Shown in pieces: positions 11,312 to 20,294 of a stretch of DNA of 64,000 nucleotides. The notes under the pieces are model-generated. The model saw only the letters and a program-made list of their open reading frames with translations. It made no database searches and was not told the DNA's origin. The first letter of the stretch is position 1. The number at the start of each line of letters is the position of its first letter. The translations under genes and the position numbers were made by a program. The stretch spans positions 6,210 through 70,209 of the forward strand of contig CAYVIW010000076.1 of the NCBI GenBank assembly GCA_964451815.1. Reading direction: 5' to 3'. Origin of the DNA: an uncultured Planctomycetia bacterium. GTDB taxonomy: Bacteria > Omnitrophota > Gorgyraeia > Tantalellales > Tantalellaceae.

Positions 11312-11316
11312 ACCGT

Positions 11317-12303
11317 TCATTCGTGATCCTCTTCTTTAGCTTCCCGCGTCATGAGTTCCTCTACCGCCAGCGCGGGCTCCTTACCCTCATATATGACCTC
11401 ATAGACTTTCCTGGTTATCGGCATTTCTACCGAATATTTCTTTGAAAGCTCAAACCCGGACATGGACGTAGCCATCCCTTCTACTACCATCTCCATCCCG
11501 GACATTATCTTTTCAATGCCGATGCCCCTGCCTACCTGTTCTCCGAACCACCTGTTTCGGCTATGGGAGCTTATGCATGTCGTAGCCAGGTCTCCCAGAC
11601 CGCTGAGACCCCGGAAAGTAGAGCTTTCGGCTCCCATCTTTACTCCCAGCCTCGTTATCTCCGCCAGTCCCCTGGTCAAAAGCCCGGCTTTGGAGTTGGT
11701 GCCGAATCCCATTCCGTCAGATATTCCAGCGGCTATAGCCACCACGTTCTTGAGTGCGCCGCCGATTTCCACGCCCTTAACGTCGGAAGACGTGTAAACA
11801 CGGAACGAACCAGTCATCAGCAGCCTTTGTATATCGTTCCTCACTCCCGTTGCCGAAGCTACAACAACAGTCGTAGGCATTCCCCTGGCTACTTCCCATG
11901 CTATACTTGGTCCCGAGAGCACGCTTATCTCATTTTGAGGGAAATGCTCCGCTAATATCTCGGACGGCCTTTTAAGGGATATTTTAGCAATGCCTTTTGT
12001 AGCGCTTATTATGTTCCCAAGATCGACATCTTTGAACCTTTGAGCCACACCGTTAAGATGTTCGCAGGGAACAACAAAAAATGTATGATCTGCCCCGTCA
12101 ATGTCGGAAACCTTTGAGGTAATAACAAGATCCGCCGGCAGAGATACACCCTTCAAAAACTTGATGTTTTCTCTTTGCTCTCTGATCTGATCGGCGTACT
12201 CCGGAAAAGCGCTCCACAAGATAACGTCTAACCCTTTTGAACGCATAAGGATAGACAATGCTGTGCCCCAACCGCCGTCGCCTATTACACATATCTTTCC
12301 CAT
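11317..12303 (-). CDS. gpsA: NAD(P)H-dependent glycerol-3-phosphate dehydrogenase.
   Basis: Starts MGKICVIGDGGWGTALS and resembles GpsA over its full length. Confidence 0.9.
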   Translation of the reverse strand: MGKICVIGDGGWGTALSILMRSKGLDVILWSAFPEYADQIREQRENIKFLKGVSLPADLVITSKVSDIDGADHTFFVVPCEHLNGVAQRFKDVDLGNIISATKGIAKISLKRPSEILAEHFPQNEISVLSGPSIAWEVARGMPTTVVVASATGVRNDIQRLLMTGSFRVYTSSDVKGVEIGGALKNVVAIAAGISDGMGFGTNSKAGLLTRGLAEITRLGVKMGAESSTFRGLSGLGDLATTCISSHSRNRWFGEQVGRGIGIEKIMSGMEMVVEGMATSMSGFELSKKYSVEMPITRKVYEVIYEGKEPALAVEELMTREAKEEDHE

Positions 12304-12320
12304 AACAGTTTAGGAGAGTT

Positions 12321-12334
12321 TATCATATATGATA
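12321..12334. promoter_or_regulatory. Perfect 14-bp palindrome TATCATATATGATA lying 18 nt upstream of the gpsA start codon.
   Basis: Read directly from the sequence. It overlaps the only -10-like hexamers ahead of gpsA, and no Shine-Dalgarno sequence is present. Confidence 0.4.
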
Positions 12335-12402
12335 TTTATAGTCAATCAATATGAACGTGGAGTGTGTAACATATTGTAGGCACTTTCTTGATAATTTCAC
12401 CG

Positions 12403-12488
12403 CTTGGGTAGGATCAAGTTGACAAGGACAGGTGTGGGATCAAAATCGGGACAGTTGTGGGACTAGCACAGGGACAGGTGTAGGATCA
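12403..12488. repeat. About 3.5 tandem copies of a 23-bp unit (GGACAG[G/T]TGT[G/A]GGA[T/C][C/T]A…), followed by an inverted partial copy at 12495-12506.
   Basis: Unit starts at 12426, 12449 and 12472 give a 23-bp period, with a partial unit at 12403-12416. The segment GAACCGTCCCTG at 12495-12506 is the reverse complement of the start of a unit. Confidence 0.6.
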
Positions 12489-12506
12489 TTTTCAGAACCG
12501 TCCCTG

Positions 12507-12554
12507 TTTCCAAAAAGAAAAAGAGAGGACCAGCTACGCGCCGATCCTCTCTTT
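12507..12554 (-). terminator. Rho-independent terminator candidate on the minus strand, downstream of the orphan ORF.
   Basis: A 10-bp stem (AAAGAGAGGA/TCCTCTCTTT) with a 15-nt loop at 12520-12554. On the minus strand it is followed by a UUUUUCUUUUU tract. Confidence 0.45.
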
Positions 12555-12702
12555 TGGAGGTAAGGACTGCATAATCATGCAGCCTTCGGGAGTTATCGTC
12601 TGACAGCCAGCTCCATCAGAGCCAGCTGGAATCTTATCATACTTATCTTTAAAAGAACCGCAAAGAACGTTATACAGTGGGGTGATCTGGTTTGCTTTTG
12701 TT

Positions 12703-13089
12703 TCATCGCTCTATCCCCCTGTCAGAAAGATCCATAACATTACCTTCAAGCTCTACCCTGAGCTCGTTCACATAAAATACACGGTAAGCCGCGTTTCCCC
12801 ACACCGCGAAGAATTCTCCCAGGACCTTGCATACTATCTTATTGGCCCCGGTCCGGGTGTCTATATTCCTGAGAACATGGCAATCTTTTTTTAAACCAGA
12901 CTTCTTTTGCCGCTCTATCCATTGTTTTAACTCTTTTACGTCTTCTGAGATGAATTTTTCACGGATATAATATTTACACACTCGCTTTTTATTTATCCGT
13001 GATTCCGTACGGTATACCGTCTCTTCCACGGATACCTCACGCTTTCTGGGGTTATGCCCGAGTATGTCGCGATGCACTATTCTTTTCAT
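12703..13089 (-). CDS. Hypothetical protein; an orphan ORF in the insertion between plsY and gpsA.
   Basis: 128-aa ORF that I could not assign to any family. It sits in AT-rich DNA with its own downstream terminator. The start is uncertain because the ORF track accepts GTG and TTG. Confidence 0.4.
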   Translation of the reverse strand: MKRIVHRDILGHNPRKREVSVEETVYRTESRINKKRVCKYYIREKFISEDVKELKQWIERQKKSGLKKDCHVLRNIDTRTGANKIVCKVLGEFFAVWGNAAYRVFYVNELRVELEGNVMDLSDRGIER

Positions 13090-13198
13090 CGTCCCCTACT
13101 TTTTAAATTGATTTAATAAGTTGCAATAAAAAAATTCCTTTCGGAACGACTAACACCTTTAGTATACTATATTGATGTGGATTTGCAAGTAAATTTTT

Positions 13199-13825
13199 TT
13201 AACTTTTTTTTACCTTAACTATCCTTTTCTCTTCGCCCTGAATAAGACGCTTTATATTCGACCTGTGCGAATATAGGCCAATGACGCACAAAATTGACAT
13301 AAATATAATATCAGTAAGGCTTTTTTGAAAAACAAGAGCCAAAACCGGTAAGGATGCCGCGGCAATTATGGACGCGAGAGAGACATACTTACCGATCATA
13401 AAGACCGCTACCCATATTATGAGTCCGGCAAGGAATATTCCGGGATATAAACCCGTCATAACTCCCGCGGTCGTAGCCACACCCTTGCCTCCCTTGAATC
13501 CCAGAAAACATGTCCATATATGTCCCGCTATCGCGGCCGAGGCGATAGCTATTATAAGTATGCCGCTTTCCGCCACAGGATCATCTGTCAGCATGCGTAC
13601 CACCTGAGGGAAGAGGGTCACCGGGATAAATCCCTTGATATAATCCAGCACAAGAACGATAATACCGGGTAATTTTCCAACGGTCCTGAAAACATTAGTG
13701 GCCCCAACGTTGCCGCTGCCATACTTTCTTATGTCTATGCCCTTCAGCATTTTTCCGAAAATATAAGCCGTTGGAATGGAACCTACTATGTATGCCGCGG
13801 CCACGGCCGCCAAAGCGAAGAACAT
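13199..13825 (-). CDS. plsY: Glycerol-3-phosphate acyltransferase PlsY.
   Basis: Starts MFFALAAVAAAYIVGSIPTAYIFGK…GSGNVGATN and is a multi-TM protein. Confidence 0.9.
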   Translation of the reverse strand: MFFALAAVAAAYIVGSIPTAYIFGKMLKGIDIRKYGSGNVGATNVFRTVGKLPGIIVLVLDYIKGFIPVTLFPQVVRMLTDDPVAESGILIIAIASAAIAGHIWTCFLGFKGGKGVATTAGVMTGLYPGIFLAGLIIWVAVFMIGKYVSLASIIAAASLPVLALVFQKSLTDIIFMSILCVIGLYSHRSNIKRLIQGEEKRIVKVKKS

Positions 13826-13844
13826 CTATTGATCCCCCTGTTTG

Positions 13845-15200
13845 CTATTTCTTTACCTTTCTATCTTTTCGGGACTTTGATAGGATCACCTTTATCGGTA
13901 TACCCGCAAGAGGCAGGTGCGCCCGAAGCTGGTTCTCTATAAAACTCATATGGGACGGCAACACATTTGACGGCTCCGACACAAAATATTTAAATTCTAC
14001 CGGTCTGGTACGGTGCTGGACCACATAAAGAAAATTAGGCCTCCTGGCACGTCTCGGCACCGGAACATCCGACGGATCGGACTTCTCGAATATCCTGTTC
14101 AGAAAAGGAGTGGATGCCTTTACATCAAGATTCGCGTCCAATACCTTAGCCATCTGCAGGCAGTCCATGACGTTACCTCCCGTGAGGGAAGAGATAAAAG
14201 ACAAGGGATATCTAACAAGACGGCTCGAAGCGTAAAACAGGTTCTTGCGGTATTCCTCAACCGATATACCCCCCACCTCTTCCGCCAGGTCCCATTTATT
14301 GACCGCGATAAGACAGGCTTTGCCGGAGTCCTCCACAAAGGAAAGTATACCTAAGTCATCCCTGGTCACACCGTCCTGGGCGTCAAGGAGCAATATTACC
14401 ACATCACTCCTTTTTATGGACTCTCTGGACCTCATCATGCTGAAAGAATCCACCACGGCCTTTACTTTTCTGTCGTGCCGGATACCGGCGGTGTCGATCA
14501 GCACATACTCATCATCCTGGTATGAAAAATTCGTATCGATGGAATCTCTTGTCGTACCCGGTATATCGCTCACTATAACCCTGTCACGCGAGAGCATGGT
14601 GTTTATGAACGAGGATTTCCCAACATTGGGCCGCCCTATGACCGCTATTTTCAAACGGCGCGCGTCAGAGCGCTCTTCCCTCAGGTCGGTCTCTTTGACC
14701 TTCTCCAGGAGATGGTTCTTGAGCTTTCGTATGCCTCTCCGGTGCGCGCATGAAACGTTCTTTGGATCACCGAACCCGAGTTGATAGAACTCGCAGGCGT
14801 CCTGTCCCAAAGTGTCGTTATCGGTCTTATTGGCTACTACCATTACCTCTTCGCTGAACTTTCTGAGCAGGGAAGCCATCTCGATGTCCGCGCCGGTGAC
14901 ACCTTGTATGGAATCTACGACCATCAGAACAATGTCGGCCTCTTCCATGGCACCGTATATCTGATCCTTGACCTTCATCGAGATATCGTCCTTGTCGGCC
15001 GCGGCATACCCACCCGTGTCCACTATCTTAACAGACCGGCCTCCTATTTTTATTACGGCCTCAAGGCGATCCCTTGTAGTACCTGATTGTTCCACCACTA
15101 CAGCACGCCGTTCACCCACAAGACAGTTAAAAAGTGAAGACTTCCCGACATTGGGCCTGCCAACTATACATATCGCGGGTAACTTGTTATGCTTTTCCAT
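13845..15200 (-). CDS. der: Ribosome-associated GTPase Der (EngA).
   Basis: Two tandem GTPase domains (GRPNVGKSS appears twice) followed by a KH-like C-terminal domain. Confidence 0.9.
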   Translation of the reverse strand: MEKHNKLPAICIVGRPNVGKSSLFNCLVGERRAVVVEQSGTTRDRLEAVIKIGGRSVKIVDTGGYAAADKDDISMKVKDQIYGAMEEADIVLMVVDSIQGVTGADIEMASLLRKFSEEVMVVANKTDNDTLGQDACEFYQLGFGDPKNVSCAHRRGIRKLKNHLLEKVKETDLREERSDARRLKIAVIGRPNVGKSSFINTMLSRDRVIVSDIPGTTRDSIDTNFSYQDDEYVLIDTAGIRHDRKVKAVVDSFSMMRSRESIKRSDVVILLLDAQDGVTRDDLGILSFVEDSGKACLIAVNKWDLAEEVGGISVEEYRKNLFYASSRLVRYPLSFISSLTGGNVMDCLQMAKVLDANLDVKASTPFLNRIFEKSDPSDVPVPRRARRPNFLYVVQHRTRPVEFKYFVSEPSNVLPSHMSFIENQLRAHLPLAGIPIKVILSKSRKDRKVKK

Positions 15201-15720
15201 TTATCTGAGACGATCCTATCCTTATGTAGTCAATGCCCGATACAATGGTAAGAACAACCGCTGTGTTCCATATCCACTCGGAATGAACAAATTCTAAAAG
15301 CACCGCTACAATGGTGCACATCTGGAAGAACGTGGTGATCTTGCTGACAGCGGTAGGCTTTATCTTTATCCCGCCGTTATTCAGATAGATAATAAGCGCC
15401 CCTAACACTATTATCACGTCCCTTGATATTATAATTACCGGGACATAAGCCGGCATTCTCAAGTGGTCCGGAAGCCCCGCGACAAGACTGAGGCTGACAA
15501 AGGCACTGAGGATAAGGATCTTGTCCGCTATCGGATCCATGATGGCGCCCAGTCTTGTCCTTTCGTTCCGAACCCTCGCAATGTAACCGTCAAGCGCGTC
15601 AGTTAAGGCCGCTACTACAAAAACGGCAAGCGCTATGTCCAGTTTATAATACAGTACGCTCGCCACAAAAACGGGCACAAGAATTATACGGATCACTGTT
15701 AGCCTATTCGCCCAATTCAT
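15187..15720 (-). CDS. pgsA: CDP-diacylglycerol-glycerol-3-phosphate 3-phosphatidyltransferase.
   Basis: CDP-alcohol phosphatidyltransferase motif DALDGYIAR…GAIMDPIADK. Confidence 0.85.
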   Translation of the reverse strand: MNWANRLTVIRIILVPVFVASVLYYKLDIALAVFVVAALTDALDGYIARVRNERTRLGAIMDPIADKILILSAFVSLSLVAGLPDHLRMPAYVPVIIISRDVIIVLGALIIYLNNGGIKIKPTAVSKITTFFQMCTIVAVLLEFVHSEWIWNTAVVLTIVSGIDYIRIGSSQINGKA

Positions 15721-16310
15721 GTCTGATCCCCTATTAATTTTATCCGGCTCGGGGGCCAGTGTATAACAAAGGCCCGACCGACCAGATTGCTGTCAGGGAC
15801 AAAGCCCCAGTACCTGGAATCCATGGAATTGGCGCTATTATCACCAAGCGCGTAAAAGCTGCCTTCCGGGACATACACCACGCTATCCTCCGCCCCGTAT
15901 TCCCCCCTGTTGTAATAGAAAAATTTACGTACCGGGCCTTCTTCGACCGGTCTTCCGTCTATGAATATATCTCCGTCGGATATCTCCACCGAAGAGCCTC
16001 CGCCTGCCACAAAACGCTTTACAAGATATTTTTTCTTCTCCGTGGGCGAAAGGAACACAACGATATCTCCTGTTCTGGGCTCTCTAAGATCGGGGAGCCT
16101 GATGCCGGTAAATGGTATTTTGGCCCCATAAACGAATTTATTGACGAATATCCTGTCCCCCGGTTTGAACGTAGGGTACATCGAGTTAGATGGTATCTTG
16201 AACGGCTGCGCGATAAAGGTGCGGATGAACATGGCCAGTACGGCAGCTATCAATATGGGTTTTATCCATTCTTCCCACCAGTATTTCCAGCTGGTCATAT
16301 GAGACTTCAT
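15717..16310 (-). CDS. lepB: Signal peptidase I.
   Basis: S26 family motifs (IPSNSMYPTF, GDNSANSMDSRYWG). I chose the MKSHMTS start because it abuts the lepA stop; the ORF track extends further to 16403. Confidence 0.85.
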   Translation of the reverse strand: MKSHMTSWKYWWEEWIKPILIAAVLAMFIRTFIAQPFKIPSNSMYPTFKPGDRIFVNKFVYGAKIPFTGIRLPDLREPRTGDIVVFLSPTEKKKYLVKRFVAGGGSSVEISDGDIFIDGRPVEEGPVRKFFYYNRGEYGAEDSVVYVPEGSFYALGDNSANSMDSRYWGFVPDSNLVGRAFVIHWPPSRIKLIGDQT

Positions 16311-18103
16311 GAAACCCTCATCGCTTTTAGAAAAGCCTCTTTCGGCACGTCCACCTTGCCTATTCTTCTCATCTTCTTTTTCCCTTCTTTTTGTTTTTCC
16401 CAAAGTTTTCTCTTACGCGTTATATCTCCTCCATAACACTTGCCGGTAACATGTTTTTTTAGAGCTGTTACGTTCTCCCTCGCGATAATATCGCCTCCGA
16501 CCGCGGCCTGTATAGCTATTTTGAACATATGCTTGGGTATAGTCTCCTTGAGCTTCTGCACAAGCTCTATACCTATCCTCCGGGCCTTGTCCCTGTGAAC
16601 TATCGTAGAGAGCGCGTCGCAAGAAACCCCGTTTATGAGTATATCCAGTTTGACGATACTGGACTTCCTGTAGCCTGTTATTTCATAATCCAGGGAACCG
16701 TACCCCTGTGTGGATGATTTTATCTTATCGTAAAAATCCACGATTATTTCGGAAAGAGGGATGTTGTAAGTAAGCTGCACTTTTTTAGGATCAAGATATT
16801 TGGTGCTAACAAAATCTCCCCGTTTCTCCTCGCATAACTTCATCAACGCGCCTATGTTATCTGAAGGGGCAAAGATGTAGCACCTTACAAAAGGCTCCTC
16901 GACACTCTCTATCCTCTCTTTTTCGGGATATTTTGTGGGATTATCCACCTCTATAACCTCGCCGGCGGACAAAGTCACCTTATAATTTACGCTGGGCGAC
17001 GAAGCGATGAGATCCAGAGAAAATTCCCTCTCAAGGCGCTCCTGCACTATTTCCATGTGAAGAAGGCCCAGAAAGCCGCACCTGAAACCGAATCCCAGTG
17101 CGGCGGACGTCTCCGCCTCATACATAAAGGAAGAGTCCGACAGCCTGAGCTTTTCCATGGCGCTTTTAAGGTCTTCATAATCCTCATTACTTACAGGATA
17201 TATCCCACTGAAGACCATCGGTTTTACCTGTTTATACCCGGGCAGGGGTTTCGTCGCGGGGCGTTCCACTTCCGTTACGGTGTCCCCCACAACGACCTCC
17301 CTGGCTTCCTTTATGTTACAGACCATATACCCTACCTGCCCGCACTCGAGGCTATCCATAGTAAACTCCCGAGGAGTAAAAACACCTACTTCCTTGACAT
17401 CATATCTGGCGTGCTTATTCATCATTTCTATCTGCATCCCGGAACTTATGCGCCCGTTCATTATCCTTATGTAAACTATGACTCCCCTGTATATATCGTA
17501 AGATGAATCAAAGATAAGGGCCTGAAGCGGAGAATCGGCGCTGCCTACGGGAGGATCTATCTCTCTGACTATCCTTTCAAGAAGTCCCGGAATACCCGTT
17601 CCGGCCTTGGCGCTTATGAGAGCTATGTCGTCATCACCGCTTCCCAGCATATCGTGTATCTGTCCCTTTACCTCATCGACACGGGAGCTCTTGAGATCTA
17701 TTTTGTTTATCACAGGTATTATTTTAAGATCGTGTTCCATGGCCAGGTAAAGGTTCGCCATGGTCTGCGCCTCAACGCCCTGTACCGCATCAACAACAAG
17801 AAGAGCGCCTTCACAGGCGGCTATGGACTTGGAGACTTCATATGAAAAATCCACATGCCCGGGTGTATCTATCAAGTTCAAAAGATATGTCTGACCGTCA
17901 TCGGCCGGGTACATTATGCGTATGGCGCTGGATTTTATGGTTATACCACGCTCCCGCTCCAGGTCCATGGAATCGAGAAGCTGATCCCTGAAAGCCCTGC
18001 CATCAACGGTTCCGGTGAGCTGTATCATTCTGTCGGCCAGAGTTGACTTTCCGTGGTCTATATGAGCTATTATGCAAAAGTTGCGTATTTTGGACTGGTC
18101 CAT
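16307..18103 (-). CDS. lepA: Elongation factor 4 (LepA).
   Basis: 598 aa with a translational GTPase G-domain (AHIDHGKSTL, DTPGHVDF) and a LepA C-terminal domain. Confidence 0.95.
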   Translation of the reverse strand: MDQSKIRNFCIIAHIDHGKSTLADRMIQLTGTVDGRAFRDQLLDSMDLERERGITIKSSAIRIMYPADDGQTYLLNLIDTPGHVDFSYEVSKSIAACEGALLVVDAVQGVEAQTMANLYLAMEHDLKIIPVINKIDLKSSRVDEVKGQIHDMLGSGDDDIALISAKAGTGIPGLLERIVREIDPPVGSADSPLQALIFDSSYDIYRGVIVYIRIMNGRISSGMQIEMMNKHARYDVKEVGVFTPREFTMDSLECGQVGYMVCNIKEAREVVVGDTVTEVERPATKPLPGYKQVKPMVFSGIYPVSNEDYEDLKSAMEKLRLSDSSFMYEAETSAALGFGFRCGFLGLLHMEIVQERLEREFSLDLIASSPSVNYKVTLSAGEVIEVDNPTKYPEKERIESVEEPFVRCYIFAPSDNIGALMKLCEEKRGDFVSTKYLDPKKVQLTYNIPLSEIIVDFYDKIKSSTQGYGSLDYEITGYRKSSIVKLDILINGVSCDALSTIVHRDKARRIGIELVQKLKETIPKHMFKIAIQAAVGGDIIARENVTALKKHVTGKCYGGDITRKRKLWEKQKEGKKKMRRIGKVDVPKEAFLKAMRVS

Positions 18104-18128
18104 TATATCACGTTCCCCGAACTTGGTT

Positions 18129-19562
18129 TCACGCTTTTCCCATCAGCCTGGAAGCGTATTTTTTGCCGAATTCTATATATTCCAGGGACCTCTTTCTGGA
18201 AGAGGTCTCACTGTATATCCTGAGCTTGGGCTCTGTACCCGACAGTCTCACCAGGAGCCAGCTGCCGTCCTCACATATAAACTTGGTCCCATCAGCGTCA
18301 TTTATACTGACCACTTCTTTATCCAGCACTTTTTTAAGAGGCTCTTTTTTGAGACCGCTGAGCAGCTTCTTCCGCTTGGATCCATCGAACAGCATATCGT
18401 TCCTCTCATAGACGAATTTACCGTACTTTCTGTCCAGCTCTTTTATTATCTCAGAAAGTTTATTTTTCCCGGCCGCCAGCAGCTCCATCACAAGAACAGC
18501 CGACATAAAACCGTCCCGGTCAGGAATATATCCTTTGAAAGTTATTCCCCCGGTCTCCTCACCACCGATCAATATGTCCTTTTCTCTCATAATATCGCAG
18601 ATATACTTGAACCCGACCGGGGTCTCGTAGGTATCAAGCCCGTATTCTTCGGCCATCTTTGTTATGAGGCCCGTACCGCATATGGTCTGGACTACCCCTC
18701 CCCGCATCTTCCTGTTACTGAAAAGATGCAGCAGCAGTATCGCCATAAGTTTGTGACCTGTAAGGACCTCTCCCTTCTCATCTACCACCGCTAGCCTGTC
18801 CGAATCCCCATCGGTAGCTATCCCGAGATCGTATTTTCCTTTCTTGACCTTATCCCTGAGCTGGGCAAGATTTTTCTCGTTGGGTTCGGGGGCTCTTCCG
18901 TTGAAACCCGGGTTGATATCGTCATAAATAAAATCCAGTTTAATTCCCGTTCCCTTAAGTATCTCTTCAAGGTGCCTCTGACCTGTTCCGTTCATCGAGT
19001 CCACAAGCACCTTGAGTCTGGCCTTTTTAAGGAGTTCTTTATCGGCGTACTTTTTGATGACCGCGATCTGATCCTTTACGAGATCCGCCTTAACTACAAG
19101 CTTCTTTTTAACAGCTTCGTCGAACGGCATCTTTTTTACGGGAGACCTTTCAAGTCCTTCCTCTATCTTGTCGATAATATCATTATTGGCGGATCCGGCG
19201 AAAAAACCCTTGTACTTTATACCATTATAGGCATAGGGATTGTGACTGGAAGTTATTATTACGCCGCCGGTAAGTTTTTTTTGATCGATGTATATACACA
19301 CCGAAGGGGTAGTGCTGTATCCGTCCCCAAAAACCACCTTTAGGCCGTTAGCGGCAAGTACCCCGGCGACGGTCTGGGCGTATTCCTTTGAAAGGAACCT
19401 GGTATCGTAACCTACCACAAGTTTCTTTTTCTTGTATATGGAACCTTTCTGGGATTTTACGAAATCAGCAATTGACTGCGCCACTATCTCAACATTTTTG
19501 AAAGTGAATTCCTTGCTTATTATCGCTCTCCACCCATCTGTACCGAACTTTATCTCAGACAT
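18129..19562 (-). CDS. Phosphoglucomutase/phosphomannomutase of the alpha-D-phosphohexomutase family.
   Basis: Active-site phosphoserine loop TSSHNP and the metal-binding loop DGDSDR. Confidence 0.85.
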   Translation of the reverse strand: MSEIKFGTDGWRAIISKEFTFKNVEIVAQSIADFVKSQKGSIYKKKKLVVGYDTRFLSKEYAQTVAGVLAANGLKVVFGDGYSTTPSVCIYIDQKKLTGGVIITSSHNPYAYNGIKYKGFFAGSANNDIIDKIEEGLERSPVKKMPFDEAVKKKLVVKADLVKDQIAVIKKYADKELLKKARLKVLVDSMNGTGQRHLEEILKGTGIKLDFIYDDINPGFNGRAPEPNEKNLAQLRDKVKKGKYDLGIATDGDSDRLAVVDEKGEVLTGHKLMAILLLHLFSNRKMRGGVVQTICGTGLITKMAEEYGLDTYETPVGFKYICDIMREKDILIGGEETGGITFKGYIPDRDGFMSAVLVMELLAAGKNKLSEIIKELDRKYGKFVYERNDMLFDGSKRKKLLSGLKKEPLKKVLDKEVVSINDADGTKFICEDGSWLLVRLSGTEPKLRIYSETSSRKRSLEYIEFGKKYASRLMGKA

Positions 19563-19580
19563 AAAACACCCTCCTGTTCA

Positions 19581-20243
19581 TTATCGTTTGTCTTGCTGCC
19601 GCGCCCCGCGAAGAGCGTTTATCGCTTCGGTATAGTCTTTCTCGCCAAAGACCGCTGTGCCCGCCACAAGAACATCAGCTCCCGCGTCCAGAACCCCACC
19701 AGCCGTCTTAGCGCTTATACCCCCATCTACCTGGATATGCCCTTTGAATTTCTTCCTTAACATCTCTATTTTGGGTATAATATGCGCCATAAATGACTGC
19801 CCACCGAAACCGGGTTCAACAGTCATCACAAGCACCATGTCTACCTGGTCCAGGACAGCCTCGAGCGCCGAAATATCCGTACCGGGTTTTATCGATACAC
19901 CTGCTTTTTTACCTCTGGTCTTTATTCTTTTTATTGTCTCAAGCGGCCTGTCACAGGCCTCGATATGAAATGTGATCATATCGCCACCGGCTATAGCAAA
20001 GCTATCGATATAACGCAAAGGATCGGTTATCATAAGATGCACGTCCACAAAAAGAGAGGTCACCGGCCGTATGGCCCTGACCACAAGAGGCCCTATTGTT
20101 ATATTGGGGACAAAAACACCGTCCATTACGTCCACATGGACCCAATCGGCCCCGGCCTTTTCCACCGCTTTTATTTCCTCTCCCAAACAACTGAAATCAG
20201 CGGACAATATACTCGGGGCGATAAGGACCTTATTTCCTCTCAT
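19581..20243 (-). CDS. rpe: Ribulose-phosphate 3-epimerase.
   Basis: Starts MRGNKVLIAPSILSADF…HVDVMDG; start trimmed to that methionine. Confidence 0.9.
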   Translation of the reverse strand: MRGNKVLIAPSILSADFSCLGEEIKAVEKAGADWVHVDVMDGVFVPNITIGPLVVRAIRPVTSLFVDVHLMITDPLRYIDSFAIAGGDMITFHIEACDRPLETIKRIKTRGKKAGVSIKPGTDISALEAVLDQVDMVLVMTVEPGFGGQSFMAHIIPKIEMLRKKFKGHIQVDGGISAKTAGGVLDAGADVLVAGTAVFGEKDYTEAINALRGARQQDKR

Positions 20244-20294
20244 ACCTGTCTCCTTATATTCCTGTTTTTCCTTTTGCCGGATCCGCGCCGGCAC

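Noticed and set aside
11233-11314. An 82-nt tRNA call starting at GGT… with a 9-bp acceptor stem, which raised the question of a possible tRNA-Sec.
   Set aside because: Shifting the 5' end by 3 nt gives a canonical 7/4/5/5 cloverleaf with U8, a GGG anticodon and an encoded CCA. It is an ordinary tRNA-Pro.
12703-13089. Whether the 128-aa orphan ORF might be an IS200-type transposase or a DUF559/Vsr-like endonuclease.
   Set aside because: It has no HuH (H-hydrophobic-H) motif and no match to the conserved IELDG or RFWN blocks from memory. It is left as hypothetical.
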